Source: Lama glama
Lineage: Eukaryota
Length of the DNA: 64,000 bases
Direction: 5' to 3'
Assembly (NCBI GenBank): GCA_028534125.1
Contig: CM052816.1
Location: 80,044,001 to 80,108,000, forward strand
Shown: positions 1 through 12,800 of the stretch, in pieces
How positions within the stretch are numbered: the first letter of the stretch is position 1
Layout of the letters: each line of letters opens with the position of its first letter
Position numbers and translations under genes: made by a program
The notes under the pieces: generated by a model
What the model was told of the DNA's origin: nothing
What the model saw: only the letters and a program-made list of their open reading frames with translations
Databases searched by the model: none

Positions 1-104
1 AGGTGCAAAGGCTTTCAAGACGGTTTTCATGTACAGTGAGGGGTGGCAACTACAGAGACAGATTGGATCTCCAACTTTAGTTTGCACCAGAACTGCCTGG
101 GATC

Positions 105-230
105 GGGGACTGGCTGGGCTCCACTCCCAGAATTTCTGGTTAGGTAGGCCTAGGGGTGAACCCAAGAATCTGCATCTCTAACAAGTTCCCCAGGAACCCG
201 GATGCTGATGGTCACCTGGGGAACAACTGA
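105..230. mobile_element. MER5-like hAT-Charlie MITE fragment
   Basis: cccaagaatctgcatctctaacaagttccccagg resembles the MER5A consensus. Confidence 0.65.
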
Positions 231-429
231 ACGCTAAGAAAGAGAAATGCACTTAAAGGTAGAGAAAAGAACCACCACAAATTCTCTTAAGAACCTTGTT
301 CTTTAGGGCAATTTACTAGGCTCACGACTACCTCAGAGGAGGGCCTAGATGGTAACTGCTGGGATCTGAGATGGGCTGGATGTCACGGCTTATAGCCTCC
401 TCCTCCTCCTTTCAGGTCAGAAGATGGAA

Positions 430-664
430 AAATGCAGACTTTACCCAGAAGCTACTGCAACTCAAACCTCAGGGACCCCTCACTAGTATGGGTCCCTTCC
501 AGGGGCTGGCAACAACATGCTCATAGAGCACACACATAACTTACTTGTTTTTTGTTTTTGTAAAACTTATAAAGTGAAATTGTTTGGAATTTTTTTTAAA
601 GGAACAACTCCCCCATGTATTTTTGTATAAACCTCAGGCTCCGTAAAACTTGGCTGTATCCTTG
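430..664. mobile_element. hAT-Tip100 (Zaphod/MER53-like) MITE
   Basis: cagggacccctcactagtatgggtcccttccagggg ... gtataaacctcaggctccgtaaaacttggctgtatccttg resemble the ends of this family. Confidence 0.5.
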
Positions 665-2890
665 GAGGCCTCTTAAAATGTTTGTATCTTCCAGATTTTT
701 TTCTAGGACGAGAAAAACGTTAAAAAAATTTTAAACATCACAAATGTGTTTAAGAACTTGCTTTTATCTCTTAATAATAACATACAAAACAGCTCTCGTA
801 AATAGATCTTTGCAACATGCTTAATGGCTTTGTAATACGTACCCAAAAATATACTCAGCCAACTTTTTTACTAGAACACTTAAGTGGTTTTGAGTTTTTA
901 TATATTTAAGTATCACCATGGTGAATATCCTTAAAGCTAAATATTTTTGCTCATCCTTATTTCCAAAGTATTCCTAAGTGTTGATATGTACCATATGCAT
1001 TTGCTTTCCATTTGCTGTAATTATAATGTAATATAATCTTGTAACTTGAATCTCCACTTAATTTATCAAATGCACTTTCCCTGCTGCTACATGATTTTTT
1101 AAGCTTAGTATTTTTAATAACTCTAGAACATTCCTGTCTGTGGATGTAACATCATTTATTTTATCTGCCTACTCCTCCAAAATATGGGTTACTCTCCAAT
1201 TTTATTACTGTAAATAATACAACAAAAAAACTCCATATTTTAGGTCATTTCCTTCACAAAGCTTCTCTTAAGCAGTGCCTAACCCAATAGTATTATTTAT
1301 AAAACAGGTTTGTGGTAGAGAAATGAAATGTATGAACAGGGTTCACAATGGACTTGAAAGTAACAGAGCCTCGAAGATGAGTAACAGTCACCACACTATA
1401 CCTAGACCGTAAACTGAATCCGGTGACTGTCTTGAGGGATTACTTGACTATTCTAGAGAATTCTTCCCCAGCAAGAAGCAAGTTGTCCAGACTCTTTTTG
1501 ACCAACTTTGGCTAAAGGACTCAGAAATGTATAAAACATTGAAAAATAATGATACTGTGGCCTCCTTTAAATGAGGCTGAAATAGATGCCCCATCCTTAA
1601 CCAGGACCTAAGCACTGTTTTCTTTCCAGTGATGAGTGGTCGTGCTTCTAATCCGTAACAGTCAGGTTCTCTTGTGAGCAAAGAGACACAAGATGCCAGT
1701 CAGTAAATCGGGTCTAAATTTAGATAATTTTGGCCCATGAGACACACGCTAGTTAATTAGCCTCCACCAGGTCTAAGTTCATGACTGGTCTCATCAGTAT
1801 GGTTCTCCAACCTCTTCAGCTAATTAGCTACAGACACCAAATAATTTCACAGCCTGAGTACAAAACCCAGGAGGGTGCTGTACATAACAAGCCATGCCCT
1901 CCTATGACTCCTGTTAATGTCACGTAACACAATCGGAAGTGGCCAAGAGGACATCCAGATCACCCTAAAGGAAACCCACCCAGAAAACCCCTCTGCCCTT
2001 TTGTTTCCGTCCACGATATGGGGAGAGTAGTAAATACTGAGCAAAGTGGGGCCAGAGGAATGAGAGGTGACAATGAACTGTCAGTTCACGCTGCTCTTAG
2101 TCATTCATTCATTCATTCACTCAACACAGCGGATGCTGCAGACAGAGAAGGGGCAATGATCTCAACCTGCCTACCATGCCCAGATCCACCAGATCCACCC
2201 AAATCCACCAGTTCACTGTGGGGAAAGGGCAGAGGTGGCTTTCCAGATGCACTGGAAAAGGCAGGACTCAACAGTTCCAGGGTCCTAGGGCCGTGGGACT
2301 TACTTGCCAAACACTCAGCAGAACTTAGCAAACAACCCATCTCCCAGCTATTCACGGGGCACAGCCAACACCCTAAGGCCTATCCCAGTGGCGCCAGAAC
2401 CACCACTCGGGACAACTGGGGACAACTGTGCCCCAAATGTCATAGCACAGCCAGGTCAGTGAAAGTCCTGTCCTTTGTTATTTTGAAAACAGAAAAAAAG
2501 TCAAACATTCCTTAAGTCTCAGGTCCCAATTTGCATTTTAGGTCCTCCTTTCCACCTGCCCCACCCCTCTGAAAACAAGTCTAACTGCTCTGCTCTCCAT
2601 ATTCTCTGCCTTCCTCTTATCTCTGGCACCAAAGACTTTCACACCCATCAGGGTGAATCTGGCTCAGAGGCTTCACCAAAACACCCTGTGGCCCCATTTT
2701 ATCCGTAATTACCAGCTGCCACTGGACAATGGAAAGAATTTAAAACCCAATTCCAGGCCTTTACTTGGTTGGCTGGAATCATGCCTGTGCATAGCAGTGA
2801 TCACAGACACAGTGGGCAAGGCGGGGCTTCTGGACCCAGATCCCCAAGCACAAGTCCTGGTTCCTCCGTCGCCTTTGTGATCTGGACAAG

Positions 2891-3318
2891 CGTTACACGG
2901 AATGGAGTCCTCCCATAATTCACGTTGAAGTCCTAACCCCAGGCACCAATGAGTGTGATCTTATTTGGCAACAGGGTGGCAGGAGACACGTTTCATTCTG
3001 AAGAAAGGTGGGCCCCCTAATCTAGTAATACTGGTGTCCTTACAAAAGGGGGAAATTTGGACAGGGAGACCCACACACAGAGAACACCACGTGAAGATAA
3101 AGACAGTGATCTGGGTGACGCATCTATAAGCCAAGGAAACACCAAAGATCACAGCAAATCACTGGAAGCGAGGAACGGGGTAAGGAACAGATTCTCCTTC
3201 GCAGCCCTCAGACCTGCTGACATCTTGATCTCAAGTCTTATGTGAAATGATGTATTTCTGTGGTTTAAGCCACTCCATTTACATCACTTTATTTCAGTCA
3301 TGCTAACAATCTAACACA
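2891..3318 (+). mobile_element. MaLR solo LTR (MLT1B/C-like)
   Basis: Typical MLT1 motifs (gttgaagtcctaacccc, tttctgtggtttaagccac, ctaacaca end); 5-bp TSD acaag/gcaag. Confidence 0.85.
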
Positions 3319-4482
3319 GCAAGTTACTATGTCACAATTTTCATATCTGCAAAATGGGAATAAGAATGGTACTCCTCTAAGAGAGGAATAAACAAATTAC
3401 CATTTGTTGTTTAGAATAATGTCTGGCAGAGAAGTACATCTGAATGTTAATATTCTCCATTCTTTTTTTAATTAAGTGGATTCTCACTTTTTTTTTTTAA
3501 CGTCTCTTCCCACCCAGTTGCTTAGTAAAAGGCCAGCGCAATAATTATAATAATAATCGCCCACACCAGATTTCTCAGGAGATGAGGGGCACTGTTCTTG
3601 GCTGCCATGCCCAGGGCAGGGTGCAGCTTTTGTGTAGCAACAGGAATCACAATTTCCTCCCTGCTCTGCTTCCCACACCCTTTCTATCCCGACAGCAGCC
3701 ACCACCCTAGCCTTGGCCCTAGCCCTGGCCCTTTCCTCTTGTTGGTCTTTCAAAACCCCCAATCGCCTACCAAATTTAACCATCTTCCAACCTCATTCTT
3801 CCATTTTACCCACACCACCAGCCCCCAGCCTCCGATGCCAGGCAGAAGTCCAGCCCTCCCATCTAACTATCACTCCCTCTTCTATTTGTCTCCTCACCCC
3901 CAATTCTTCTCTTGATATTCCTTCACCCGTACTGGCTTCCTGTTAATCCTAACCCACCCAATCAAGAAGACCAAGCCCCAATCTCACCTTTTCAATGAAG
4001 CCCTCTCAAAACTCCTGTAGTATTTATCAGCTGGACTCCTGACTGTTTTGAATAACACAAGCCTTGTTTTGCTGTAACTGTTTCATGTCGGTCAATCAAC
4101 TAGACAGTCAACTTTGTGATTTGTGATTCATGCATCTCACACATGCACTACTGAAGACCAACATGTGCCAGGCACCAGGCAAGGCATCAGGGTAACTATT
4201 AACATTTGTTGCCATTTATTGAGGATTTGCTGTGTGCCTGATTTTATCCTAATCTTCATGCTGATGCTGGAAGGGGGTAAGTGCTGGCATCACCCTATGT
4301 TACAGATGAGAAAATAAAAAATGAGAGATTATGTAACTTGCCCAATATCGCATAGGTAGTAAGGGATAAAACTGGGACATGATAGAAAACAGGGCTGAGA
4401 AATAGTATAATGAGTCAGCTATAACCAGACCCCAAAGACCAAGGCATTGTCCATTTGGAAGGCTGTCAATAAGTATCACACA

Positions 4483-4918
4483 CAGGCATACATCAGAGAT
4501 ATTACGGGTTCAGTTCCAGACCACTGCAATAAAGCAAATACTGCAATAAAGCAAGTCAAGAATGTTTTGGTTTCCCAGTGCATATAAGTCATGTTTACAC
4601 TATACCACAGTCTATTAAGTATGCAATAATTATGCCTAAGAGCAGTATATATACCTTAATTAAAAATTACAAAACAAAAAACAACCTAATTACAATAGTA
4701 TCGTAAAAGATCACTGATCACAGATCATAACAATATAACAATAATAAAGAAGTTTGAAATATTACGAAAATTACCAAAATGTGACACAGAGACACCAAGT
4801 GAGCAAATGCTGCTGGAAAAATGATGCCAATAGACTTGCTCGATGCAGGGTTGCTGCAAACCTTCAATGTGCAAAAAATAAAATACCTGTGGAGCACAAT
4901 AAAAATGAGGTATGCCTA
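4483..4918 (-). mobile_element. Internally deleted Tigger1 derivative (Tc1/mariner MITE)
   Basis: Terminal inverted repeats caggcatac... / ...gaggtatgcct followed by TA; both Tigger1 ends joined without a transposase. Confidence 0.85.
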
Positions 4919-5069
4919 TATATGACATATATAATGTACGACAATGCCATATACATAAAATACATAACATACATTATATACATATAAAATAACTACTGAC
5001 ATCCTTCCAAACAGACAATGCCTTAATTCACGTTCTTTGGGATCTGGTTATATATACACGTATCTGAAG

Positions 5070-5540
5070 ACAGAGCTGTTCAATACACACATTAATGACT
5101 TAGATTAAATAGACAAGCCTACCAAGTTTGTGGATGACTCAATGTGATTACAGTCAGAGTCAGAATTTAAAACGATGCAACAACCAGAGCAACAGATATA
5201 TTGAGCAAAATGAAACTGAACAAATTTAACTGAAAAACTAAAATTTAACTGGGTTGATTATAGTGTCCTGCATTCAGGTTCAAATATCCAAACAGGCAAG
5301 CACACCAAGAGACAGACAGGGCTTTGCAAGCAACAGTGGTAGAAAAGAATCCACAATAAACCCAACATGAATGAAGAGGGAAACGTGGGTAAAGAAAGTC
5401 TGATCTCAGGTTATAACTAAGCCATGTCTGGGGAATAGAAATGCCACTATTTTAGTTCTTTTGCAACAAACCTAATGCTTTGCTCAGAATTCTAAGCCCC
5501 AGTTTGAAAGTAAGTCAAACTGGCATATATGTTCAAATGA
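5070..5540 (+). mobile_element. Ancient L3/CR1 LINE fragment
   Basis: ctgttcaat..attaatgacttagat..accaagtttgtggatgac..gtcctgcattcaggttcaaa resembles a decayed CR1 reverse-transcriptase region. Confidence 0.55.
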
Positions 5541-6059
5541 AATTGAAATAATAAAGAATCCTCACATTTCACAATTTCATAAACTGCACGTTGACTAAAT
5601 GAATGCATGCACGTGGTTTAACCTAAAACTTAGTTTACAACATATAATTGTAGGCTGACATCGTTCCCAAACTTTCCTGTGAAGGTGTGTGATCAGGTCG
5701 TGACAGTTCCCATCTGTGTAAACAAATGATGTGCTTAACTCAGGCCCTATTGATTCCACATCTTATTAAGTCAGATCATCCAACACATTACTGGACTAAA
5801 AGGAAAAGCCTGATTGATAACCTAATGTCACCAGCAGGGAACACTCAGGAGCAGTTTCCACTTCAAACGTAGAAAAGACATTTAACTTCACCTGAGCACC
5901 GAGCTCCAACAGGCTTCACCAACACAACAATGGGGAACTGGGTAGACAGCAACCAATGTTCACTTCTAGGGTAAAAGTAACCAAAACTAAGAGTATCTGG
6001 CACACCTTTATCATCGAACTCTCAGTGGAGACTCACTGTGGAAACTGCCTGTGGCTGAC

Positions 6060-6547
6060 TGTACGCGTTTCCTGGGGCTGCCACCATCAAGTACCACTAA
6101 CTGGAAGGCTTAAACATCAGGAATTTATTGCCTCCCAGTCCTGGAGGCTGGCAGCTCAAGATCAAGGTGTGGACAGGGTTGGTTCCTTCTGCGCCGGGAG
6201 GGTGAATCTGTTCTGCATCTCTCCTCACTTCTGGCGGTGGGAAGGCAATCTCTGGTGTTTCCTTGGTTTATAGATGCATCGCCCAGGGCTCTGCCTGCAT
6301 CTTCCCTGTCTTCTCCTGTCTTCCCAGTGTCTCTTCACACAGCTTTCTCTCTGTGCAGGTCTGTCAGGGTTCCCACTTTTCATAAAGACACCAGTCATAC
6401 TGGATTAGAGCTCACACTAATGACCTCATTCTAACTTGATTACCTCTACAAAGACCCGATTTCCAAAAAAAGGTCACATTCTGAGATACTAGGGGTTAGG
6501 ACTTCAATATGTCTTTGGTGGGGCAGGCAGCAATTCAACCCGTAACA
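6060..6547 (-). mobile_element. MaLR solo LTR (MLT1C/D-like)
   Basis: tgtac..tttcctggggctgcc ... aattcaacccgtaaca; TSD ctgac/ctgag. Confidence 0.85.
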
Positions 6548-6790
6548 CTGAGTTAATCTCCAGTACCCACTCCTCCTGCCCCATGAGTTTAGCTGGTTTC
6601 ATGGCTACCACCTACAGAAAGTGTTTTCCTGCCTCCCTTGCAGCTACATAGGAGCACATGACCATGTAAGGGTGAGATTTGTGCATCTCCAAGGTCACAC
6701 AGTTTAAAAAGAAAGATGCTTGTGTTTCATTCTCCCTCCTTCTGGTCTCTTGAGAATTAAATACAGAATCTGCAACATGCACATTCTAGA

Positions 6791-7118
6791 CCGGCACTGT
6801 CCAGAAGAATTACAATGCAAGTAATTTTAAGTAAGTCATTTTAAAGTTTCTAGCAGCCACATTAAAAATATAAAAAGGAACAAGGGAAATGAAGTTTTAA
6901 CTTATTTAATCCACTATGTCCAGAATATTAGCATTTCAATATGTAATGATAAAAAATTATTAATAAGGTATTTTATAAACATCCTTTATTTGGTACTAAG
7001 TCACTGAAATCTTGTGGTGCACGTCACACTTACGGAATCTCTCCACTCAGATGAGCCACATTTCAAATGCACAAGGGCCCCAGGTGGCAACTGGCTACTG
7101 CAATACACCAGGCAGCTC
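6791..7118 (+). mobile_element. MER33 hAT-Charlie MITE, apparently inserted in an older MLT1J-like LTR (~6560-7290)
   Basis: cactgtcca..tttctagcagccacattaaaaa..gccacatttcaaatgc..gtggcaactggctactgcaat match MER33. Confidence 0.75.
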
Positions 7119-8726
7119 TGGAGGGCACCAGAAAGACATCACAGAAGAACCAAGGTCCTGGGATGAATCCATGGAGCAGACCTGTCCTGCTGGCTCTGAA
7201 GTGCTTGAAGCTTTTACTTAAGAAAACAACTTCTATTGTATTTGATTTCAGGGTACTTTGTTACCACAGCTTATCCAGTATCACAATAAATGTGCCCTCT
7301 GGAATTTCACAGAAGGACCCTGCAGCTTCTCAGTTATGAAACAGTCCTTCAAAGGATGGACACTGACTCCCATGAAAAAAAAAAAACCCTCTAAAAACGT
7401 AGCTCAAGTTTGAAAAATTACCATAGAAACATGCTCAGGATAGAGAAATACATTTCAAAATAAACCCAACCCAGGAGAACGTGTGGTTCCTCAGACTTCT
7501 TGTTCTTTTCCCACATTATAAATCTCTACACTTCCCAGTCAGTCAGCCCATGGACAGCCCAGGAGGAAGGAGGGAGGGAGAGACCAGATCATTCAGCCTC
7601 CTGAGAAAAATAAAAAATGAAATCCTTTCAGGAAGCACCTCCCCAAAAGTGAAAATATTTTCATTGGATAAAAGCTAAGAGTTGGACAATCGAGTAGATC
7701 AGAACACACTGACTCTCCTTGCTGGAGAGGAGGTGAGGGCTCAGAAGGAAAGTCAAGGCTGATCCCTCACATCATCTTTACAGACGGCCTGGGTCTTCGA
7801 CTCACGCTGACACCTACAACCACAGAAATGAAAATAACCACCTCTTACAGCAAAGATCTTTGGATAGAAATTCAGCTGAAAATCCACAGAATGAATTCAG
7901 AAGCAACTCCTATTTCACTCCCAAGGAGAAGCTACGTACAGGAAATTGTCAAACAAAAAAACCTCAGCAACAGCTCAAAATAATTAGGTAATTAATTCAG
8001 AATAAAGAGATAAGAGGTAATAATTGAGATGATTCACTACTTGGGTAGATGATCACATTTCTCCAAGTTTAGGGGCCAGGTTCTGAGTTTCATATCAGTT
8101 TCCAGCTGCAGCTGGAATGGTATCAGGTTTAATTAAAAATTCCCGGAGTTATGGTCTGAGGGAACTAGAATGATGCTGTGGTCTAGTTAGCCAGCAATAG
8201 GGCTCCATGTAGCATCAGAATTAGTTTTCTTAACTGCAGCCAAAGAGCAGAGGGAAGGAGCATCTGGTCCCAAGCTGTACAAGTTCAAGATCTTCCCAGA
8301 TCCTCCCCTGCCTGGGGGGTGGGGGGGTGACACTAATGTTGGTGAGCCTTGCCACTGTGCGTAGTGCTGATAATGATAAAGTCATTCTGAGTCTTTACCC
8401 TCAGGGCAACAGAGCAGAATTCACTTCACGCAGGTTGAAGCTTTGTAACTTAGACATGAATGCCCTGTGTCCGCAAGCGTGTACAGCAGCTGCCAGGAAG
8501 CTCAGGTGTTAGGGAAAACCAGGGTTCAGATCTCTCGGCCATTTATCAAATTGTGCCTTTGGCCAACCTACTTCACTTCCCTCAACCTTCATTTCTCCCT
8601 CTGTAAACTGCTATGATAGCAATGGTCCTTACTGGGTAGAATTTTGTAAGCAACACACGTAAAGGGTCTGGTCCAGTACCCGGCACGTGGTGAGCATGCA
8701 GTCAATGAGGACTCCCCTTCTAATAG

Positions 8727-9200
8727 TGAAGGAGGATTAATAAAATGACCGCACTTGGGCTAACAGATTGCTGACTCCTACGCTTGCCCTTAAAAGGGTC
8801 AACTGACCTGACTGACCCGTTGCTACTCACAGTTCCAGGCCCACTGTTAAAACTAACACTATTGATCTTACTGTTTCTACTTTATTCCAGTAATTGAAAG
8901 TAATAATCAAGCTTGGTCTCTTGAGTCCTTCTCCAAGGTCACAGGACTGTAACTTTACAAAACAGCCTGAATTACCAAGAAGACCACACCTTGAGTGCTT
9001 ACGAGATAGAGATCTAACCGCTGGCCTCTATAGAATTGGTCACCTGGAGGCATCATGTCACCATTCTAAGTCTTTTAATGAGAAAATCATTCTTTTGCAT
9101 CTTATCGATTCTTTATTGTTTGAGCTCTGGTTATAGAACCACCCCACCCCATCCCCAAGGTGGGGTCACAGTTTTGAAGGCACCCGATCTTTCAGCAACA
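8727..9200 (+). mobile_element. ERV1-type solo LTR, internally deleted; same family as 46263-46854
   Basis: TG...CA termini (tgaaggagg ... tttcagcaaca); alignable by eye along its length with the copy at 46263. Confidence 0.85.
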
Positions 9201-9434
9201 ATTCCTGCGGCAGTTAGGTCAGTGATCAATATATGTTTACTCGTGCGATTCATGTTATATGTTAGGCACTGACTCCCACTAAAACCTTGTGATACTCTAG
9301 GCTCACTTTTAGACCCTGAAAATAGTCCAAAAGGTGAGGAAACTGTGGAGCTGAAGTCTATGAGCGTGCATTTTTCAGCAGGGAGATGCTAGGGCTTTGG
9401 ACAAACTGTTCTCAGATGCAAAGGGGTGGAGGTG

Positions 9435-9879
9435 TGTTTTGGGTTGAATCGTATCTTTCCCACCCCCGCCCACTGCAAAATTGATAAGCTGAAATCTCAA
9501 GTACCTCGGAATGTGACTGATCTGGAGACAGGGTCTTTACAAAGGTAACCAAGTTAAAATGAGTTCATTAGAGTGGGCTCTAATCCCCTATGACTGGTGT
9601 CCTAACAAAAAGGAGAAATTTGAAGACACGCGCACAGGTGGAACACCGCGTGAGGATGAAGGCAGAGATGGGGGAGACGCATCTACAAGCCAGTGATGGC
9701 CAGAAAACCACCAGAAGCAGCTGGGGGGTCATGGGTCAGATTCACCTTCCCAGCCCTAGGAGGAAGCTCCTGCCAACACCCTGATCTCCAACTTCCAGTC
9801 ACCAGAACTGTAAGACCATACACCTCTGTGCTTTAAGTCGCTCCACCGGTGTGTAGGGCCGCCCCAGGACGCTAACACA
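9435..9879 (+). mobile_element. MaLR solo LTR (MLT1B/C-like)
   Basis: tgttttgggttgaatcgt ... gctaacaca; perfect 5-bp TSD aggtg (9430-9434, 9880-9884). Confidence 0.88.
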
Positions 9880-12299
9880 AGGTGAAATCAGGCAGCAAGC
9901 ACATTCTCTCTTTAAGAAGGGCTGACAAGACCTGGAAACTATGCAGCGTGACACAAACCTGATCAAATTCTCTGCAGAAGTTTACAAGAGTCTCATACCT
10001 CCACCCTAAAAAGGTCATCTCTGATGTATTTTAAAATCATGTCTATGCGGGGGGAAAAAAAAAAGAGGCTTTGCTTTAGAACAGATTTAGCCAAGGTGCC
10101 TCTGTCAAGAGAGGCTTGGATTTTAAATACCTCCCCTGTCACCTTTTTTTTTTTTGCATGTGTGGTGGGGGAGGGGAGGGAGGCTTGAGCATCTGTAAAA
10201 ATTTATTATAAATGACTAAAAACTCCTTGGAAGAAACACCTTGGCAGAGATGTCGACCGTCGACCTTGTGAGAGCTATTCTCTCAACAGGCAACAAATTT
10301 AAGCTCCTGTCTGAGCAGGATGTGTCTGGTTCCCCAAGATTCCCGGGCTGTGTGCGTTCTTTGGCTGAAAGCGGCAACCATTAATAGCTGCTACATAAAG
10401 AAACATCATCAATTTAATCTCTTGTGGAGCCATCCATTTTGAACTGGTTGTCTTTCTTCTTTTTTTTTTTAATGGAATGTCCACTGCTTCCCTCTTACAA
10501 TGGAAAACATAATTGGGAACAAATCTTTCATAAAATTAAACACACACCCACAAAGTAAACTCTAAAAGCCTCAACCACGTTTGAGAGGCATTTCTCAAGA
10601 TCTGGTACAAAGATCTTTCAACCCTCATTCCCATGCCTCAACCTCTCACTCAGGGCCTAAAAACTGGCATTTACAAAGAAATTCCAGAAGCCTGAGCATT
10701 TTTTTAGCAGAAGGAAATCCCAACCTTCTTGGCCTCATTTCTCATGATGACAGCTCATTTTTCCATGTGGAACCACGTACTAGTTGCTGCAAATGTTTAA
10801 AAAGGTAAAGAAGCTACTTTCAAACTATGGTCATAAAAGAAATAAATAATGATGATTTAGAACTCGGTGCTTACTTTATAAGCATAAAAAGTCAAGCATA
10901 TCCATTTTCAAAACTAGAATGAAAAAAAAATTTACAGTGTTCTGATTAAAAGACTCAGAATGGGGCCACAGGTGCTCTCCTGGGCTCTTCAAGTATTACT
11001 ATTCCACAAGTCAAGGGCAATTTTTAGAAGGCGAGTCCACCCACTGTGCTTCACGGCTGGCTCCCCTGTGTTACTCCTTCCTCCTCTCCTAACCATCGTT
11101 CCAAATCCTGGCCATCCCAAGGCCTGCAAGAAGCTTCACCTCCATAAAACTTCCCCCAACCTTCCCATTTCCAGTGACTCGCCGCTCTCTGAGAATCTGC
11201 ACCATTTATCATCCAGATCTCACAGTTGAACAACTCGTTATATCATCCTGGAGATCCCTTTAGTATCTGCAGTCTACACGATTTGTATTTTGCCTTGGTT
11301 ATTTCCTGCATGTAGTTTTCCTCCTCCCGGCGTGGTTTATGAGCTTCCTAAAGACAAGAGACGCGCTGCACACTTCTTTTACATCTTTTACAATCTCTAA
11401 CCCAGGTTTAAGGATGCCCAAAATAAAGTTACAAATGGGAACTGAAAAATGTCATCCACCGTGGAAGGACACATGTTTAGCTCCATAACCTTCTTTAGCC
11501 CCTGTCGTTATCCGCAGGCTCCCAAGTATGTTTAGAGATCCAGGCAACTAGACAGGGACAGTGTCTAACCACAGCCCAGAGAACCGGGCTCATTCCCCAG
11601 TTCACGCACGTAAACCACCCGACTTGGTAGCCATCTGGGTCAAGTGTTCCAGAAGGGATGCTCAGATGAAATCTCTGATAATCACATACTGGTCCTGGAG
11701 TAGCACAATGACCTTAAGGCCATCTAAGGGAAGCTCCTTTGGGCCATCCTGGTCCTTTCTCACTCCTAGGTTTTGCTCCCCAAGGCCACAAACCGATCTG
11801 GCGGCAGACCTCCCAGGCACAGGCGGGCTGAAACATGATCCTGCCAGCAGGTCACCTGCCTCCTCTTTATGAGAGCACGAATGTGATCTGCTGTCCCTCT
11901 CTTCCTACCCCCCAGAAACACAAAGAGCCCTTTCTTCCCCTTTCTCCTTTCAGCCTCACACAAAGACAAGCAGGAAAATTTGACAGCTGAGGGTTTAGGG
12001 TTGTTCTTTGAGAGAGACCACTCAGTTCACGTAAAGCAGATTAAGAGTTTGGCTCACTGAACTGAATATAAACAGTTCAAAACTTGCTTTTCTTGTAACA
12101 AGTCATACATGTCGATGCACACACATATACCCAAAACTGGAAACCCGAAGGCACACAGTGAAAGAAGACTTTCTCCACCACCCCCCCAGCTCTCAGTTTC
12201 CCTCCTCAGAGGCAGTAACTGTTAGCAGATTATTCCACCCCCTCCCCAGACCACGTACACTTTTCAGTTGACTTCTTATCGTGGCTTTCTAATTAAAGA

Positions 12300-12800
12300 G
12301 AAAGGAATAAATATTTACCAAGCAGCTCCTGAGCACCAGGCCCGACATGTGTGTCTTACACGCATCAGCACATTTAACCTTCACAACAAACTTGTGAGTC
12401 TAATACTATTTTCTCCACTGTCAGGTGAGGAACCTGAGGGTTCAGGAGAAGGAAGAGACTTACCCAAGGCCACCACGGACCTACGTCGCTTTTCCACGCT
12501 ACCGCCTGGACTGTCCTGTTTCATAACATCAAAACCTCCATCCAAATGTCCTCTTTCAGGAAACCTGGGCTCTGGAATCAGGCTACTTTGGCACAAAAAC
12601 TGGCTGTACGACTCGGAGCTCTGAGAACCCAGGCCAGGGACCGGGGCTCCCTAGCTCCCAGTTTCTTCATCTGTGAAATGAGTCTGGCAACAATACCCGC
12701 CGCACGATAAGGTTTGCGGCAAGATTAAATGAAGCTCACATAGTCGTGAGCTTGGCCTGACGCCTGACGTACAGTAAATACTTCATAGGGGTTACCTATG
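12300..12800. mobile_element. Two MIR SINE fragments in opposite orientations
   Basis: MIR core motifs gaggaacctgagggttcaggagaagg..acttacccaaggccac and cagtttcttcatctgtgaaatg. Confidence 0.6.
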